From the NCBI RefSeq assembly GCF_009914755.1, contig NC_060928.1: DNA of 64,000 bases; one strand, given 5' to 3'. Shown here piece by piece: positions 59,830 through 64,000 of this stretch. This stretch comes from the human T2T-CHM13v2.0 reference genome, Homo sapiens. Each line of letters starts with the position of its first letter. Within the stretch, counting starts at the first letter, position 1. A program made the position numbers and the translations under genes. A model generated the notes under the pieces. It was given only the letters and a program-made list of their open reading frames with translations. It had not been told where the DNA came from and did no database searches.

Positions 59830-61460
59830 AGTAATTTCTACATGATACTTTGCACTCGCCCTCCTACCAGCATTGATTCTTTATGCTCTTCCTTCTGTCC
59901 TATTTCTGAGGATGAACTGTTGTCTAGCTCAGATCATCTCCTCTGTTGGTACACCAGATCTCATCCTCTCTCACCTACTTAAGAGTGTCACTCTAGCAAT
60001 TCTCTCCCTTCCTCCCACATTATCAATATTTCCTTTTTAACTGGATCATTCTTGTCAGAAAACAAACATGCTATTATCTCCTCATCTTGAAACAAATATC
60101 ACTGTTTTGACCCTAATTCCCTTTACAGCTCCTATACTTTATTTCTCCATTTCCTTTCACAATGAAAGTTCTCAAAAGAGTTGTCTATACAGGTTGTCTC
60201 TACTTCCTTTACTTCCTCTTTCTTTTAACCCACTCTACTTAATTCCTACCCACTCTAGTAAGGCTACTCTCGTCATCAAAGACATCCGTACTGCTAAATC
60301 CAAAGCCATCTCTTAGTCCTCATTTTATTTGACCTATTTTCTAACCCCGGCTTTCAGGATAGCATATTCTCTTTGTATTCCTCCTACCTCACTGGCCGTC
60401 TCTTGCCCAACTTTGTTGCTGGTTCCTTCACTTATTTCTGACATATCAACACTGAAATGTCCTCAAGTATATATAATCTATAGGTTATTTCCCCTTTCTC
60501 TGTACACTCAATCCCTGCTGTTATTATTCAGTCTCGTGTCTTTAAGTACCATCTACATAATAACAATTTCCAAATTAATGTCTTTAGCCTGAATATGTCT
60601 CCTGAACTCTATTCTTATATGTAACTGCAAACTTGATATCTCCATGTCGAATTTAACATTTCAAATGTCTTACCCTAAAAATAGGTACAGAATCTCACTA
60701 CTTTTCATCACCTCCACTTGTCTTCTTCTTCGTCCAAGCTCATCATGCCTCACCTTGACAACTGTATTCATGTTCTAACTGCCTATATCTGGTTTTACCC
60801 TCTTCATGTATAGTCTAATCTCAACACAACAGCCTAGGTGTTAATATCTAAGTCAAATCAGGTTAATCCTCTTGTTCAAAACTCTCTAATTGCTCCCCAT
60901 TTTTCTCAGAGTAAAAACAACATTTACACAAAGCCTCTACATGATCCTTCCCCTAAGTTACCTGTTTAATGTCACCTTCTACTCTCCTACCATCATTATC
61001 CTTATTTGATCCAAACTGGCTTCCTTGTTGTTTCCTGAATATGGTAGGGACATTTATGCTTCAAGGCTTCTGTAATAGCTATTTTCTATGACCAATATAT
61101 CCTTTCCCTAGATAGTCACATGGCTCACTGTCTCACCTCCTGTGTCTTTTGAGACAAGTTCAAGCATCAGCTTTTAAATGAGACCTACATCGCCTACTCC
61201 ACTAAACTGCAATCTCTACCCTACAACATTACATCAAAACCCTTTTACGTTGCTCTATATTTTTTTCTACAGCCTCTGTCACCATTACTATACCATGCAA
61301 TGGCCCTATTTCTTGTGTTACTTTTTATTGTCTCTTTGCTACTAGAGCATAAACTTCAGGAGAGCCAGTGTTTTATCTTTTCTGTTTATTTTTGTAGTCC
61401 TCAGGGTCTAAAACAGTGCCTAGCACATAGTAGATAATTAAAATATGTTGAATGACTGAA
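59830..61460 (+). mobile_element. L2 (L2a-like) fragment
   Basis: Pyrimidine-rich L2 body ending aacagtgcctagcacatagtag..aaatatgttgaatgactgaa. Confidence 0.75.
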
Positions 61461-61852
61461 AAAAATTAATATCACCTTTAAAAACGTGGCATCCTTTTTA
61501 TTACCATAAAACTTTGGAACTGGAAGAGACCTTAAAACTTTGTACATTATTTTACCAAAACAGGATGTGAGACGCAGAGAATGTAAATGGCTTGACAAAG
61601 GCCATGAAGCCAAATAAGTACCAAACTGTGGACTTGCCAAGATCCTGGCTCTGAGTCCCATGTTACTCTGTTACTTCATAATTCACTGTACAATTTTTAA
61701 GGAAAACAGCATTAGTTTTCTGGTAAGAACAGATATTTTAAAATGTCATAATTCAAAAATGTTATTGAAATTCTAGGCTTACAATAAAAATGTACTTTAC
61801 ATGGCATATTTTGATTATTTAAGTTTTAAAAAAATTTGTAAGTATACTCTAG

Positions 61853-62124
<272 letters not shown>

Positions 62125-63068
62125 GTTGTTTTAGCTGGAGAACTATTAACTTTTTAAAGCTTCATTCATTGATCTTTTTCCAATGAAATTCTCAATATTC
62201 ATATGTAGGAATTTATGAATTTCAAAATATTAATATTTAAGCCCTCTAGTGAAAAAGATTCTTTGGTACTTGTATGTTGTATGTTTGTATTTTATAAAAT
62301 AAAAGACTTGTTATAACTATTAAAACCACTGAAATAATTGTCTAATGTTGAATATAAATTCTGAGAATATTAGTATTTTTGCATAAATGTTGAACAATAT
62401 TCACTTATTAATATCAAGAAAACCTCAAAAGTGTCAACAGCAATGGTAGATCCATATGACTAGGCCTTCATTCCACAATATTGGGCCTCTATTATTTGCT
62501 ACGAATTATGTTAGGTTCTGGAGATTCAAGAACAAATCACAAACACTTGGCATATTTTCTTACAGAGCCAAGTCTAACAGGGGAAATGACATTTAAGATG
62601 GCATGTGCAATAAATCAGAGATTCAAAGGTTTCAAAATAGTGGCCTATAGACCAGTCTTATATGGCCTACAAATTTTATGTGGAATTTATCACATTTTAG
62701 CAATTTTTAACCTTAAAAAAAAGTGAGATATTTTATATAAACATTCAGATTTATTTGAAAAATCAGAAGGGATGACAACTTTAGGTCCATGTTCTCCATG
62801 GAAATGACTGGCTGGGGCTGGAGCAGTGACCCCCTTTTGGAGGAACATATACTCTCTACTTTGCTCTGGCTTCTGTCCACTTCGCTTGATTCATTCATAT
62901 TACTTCATATGATGCCTATGGGCCCTTGTCATTGCAAGCCTTGCAGAAAGTGTGACAACGTAAATGACAGAATCCAGTAAAAAATAAAAACAGGAGGACC
63001 TATTCAAAAAGCAGTAAATGAGATTTTTTCCTTTTTCCCTCAGTGGTGTTGCTCCAGACCTGTCAGGG

Positions 63069-63395
63069 TGTTTTTTGTTTGTTTGTTTGTTTATTTTTTT
63101 AATGTTTGTTTGTTTGAGACAGAGTCTTGCTCTGTCGCCCAGGCTGGAGTGCAGTGGTGCGATCTCCGCTCACTGCTAGCTCCCCCGCCCAGGTTCACGC
63201 CATTCTCCTGCCTCAGCCTCCTGAGTATCTGGGACTACAGGTGCCTGCCACCATGCCTGGCTAATTTTTAGTATTTTTTAGTAGAGACGGGGTTTCACCG
63301 TGTTAGCCAGGATGGTCTCGATCTCCTGACCTTGTGATCCACCTACCTTGGCCTCCCAAAGTGCTGGGATTACAGGTGTGAGCCACCGTGCCCGG
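63069..63395 (-). mobile_element. AluY-like
   Basis: ggttcacgccattctcc and cgtgttagccaggatggtctcgatctcc; TSD agggtg(t/c)ttttt. Confidence 0.92.
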
Positions 63396-64000
63396 AGGGT
63401 GCTTTTTATTTACTCTTTTTTGCCATACTCCCTTGGATGTGGGGCTACGTGAGTACAGAGCCTCAAAGGCAGTCAGCCTCACCCTGGCTCTTCGGCACTG
63501 GCACCCAGGCATGTTGGTAGGTGGGGGTGGGAAGTGATCATTGGGCTGGCGTGAAGATGGAAGGTCGGGCAGGCACTGGAGAACCCTGCAGAACTGCAAG
63601 TGAGGCAAGCCTCCAAGGCCCGGGTACAGGCTTCATCACCCTATTGGACTTCACTGACAAAACACAAATGCAAAGATAAAGTTATTTGGAATTTCAGGAT
63701 GGCAACTCAGAGCATTAATCTCAGAGCACAGGGCTCTGCTGAGTGAGAGGCCGTGTGTGACCACATTGGTCTCACACTCACAGCCTTAGCCTGGATGACC
63801 AGGGAAGGCACCCCAGATGATGTGAAGTTTGGGCATGGGGAAAGCTTTGAAAGCTCAGGAATGAAAAGCACCAGGTGAGTTCTCAGAAGAGTTTAATATG
63901 ACTGGATCATGGAGGATGAGGCAGGGTGAGGTGGAAGGAGATGTCAAAGTGCCTTGAAGTGGCAGGTAGGGGTAAAGAAATGTAGGGCCTGTAAAAAAGG

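Overview
Primate, most likely human, genomic DNA: AT-rich, CpG-depleted and carrying Alu, L1PA, MIR and L2 repeats. The window lies entirely inside INPP4B (inositol polyphosphate 4-phosphatase type II), transcribed on the minus strand. Seven consecutive internal coding exons were reconstructed by hand (173, 124, 118, 141, 98, 113 and 155 nt; 922 nt in total). All have GT-AG boundaries and matching phases, and the last carries the CX5R catalytic motif CKSAKDRT. The start and terminal exons are outside the window. The introns hold 11 Alus, a 4.9-kb 5'-truncated L1PA with a 19-bp TSD nested in an older L1M, MaLR solo LTRs, DNA-transposon relics and microsatellites. Most ORFs in the supplied track are noise or repeat-derived. 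No CRISPR, rRNA or tRNA was seen, and no new biological system is demonstrable from sequence alone. The best leads are hypotheses: routes to alternative hydrophobic C-termini after the catalytic exon, a candidate ancient L1 3' transduction, a ~135-nt intronic hairpin, a recursive-splice-like site, inverted Alu pairs and a strong CTCF motif. Repeat subfamily calls and boundaries were recognised by eye and are approximate.
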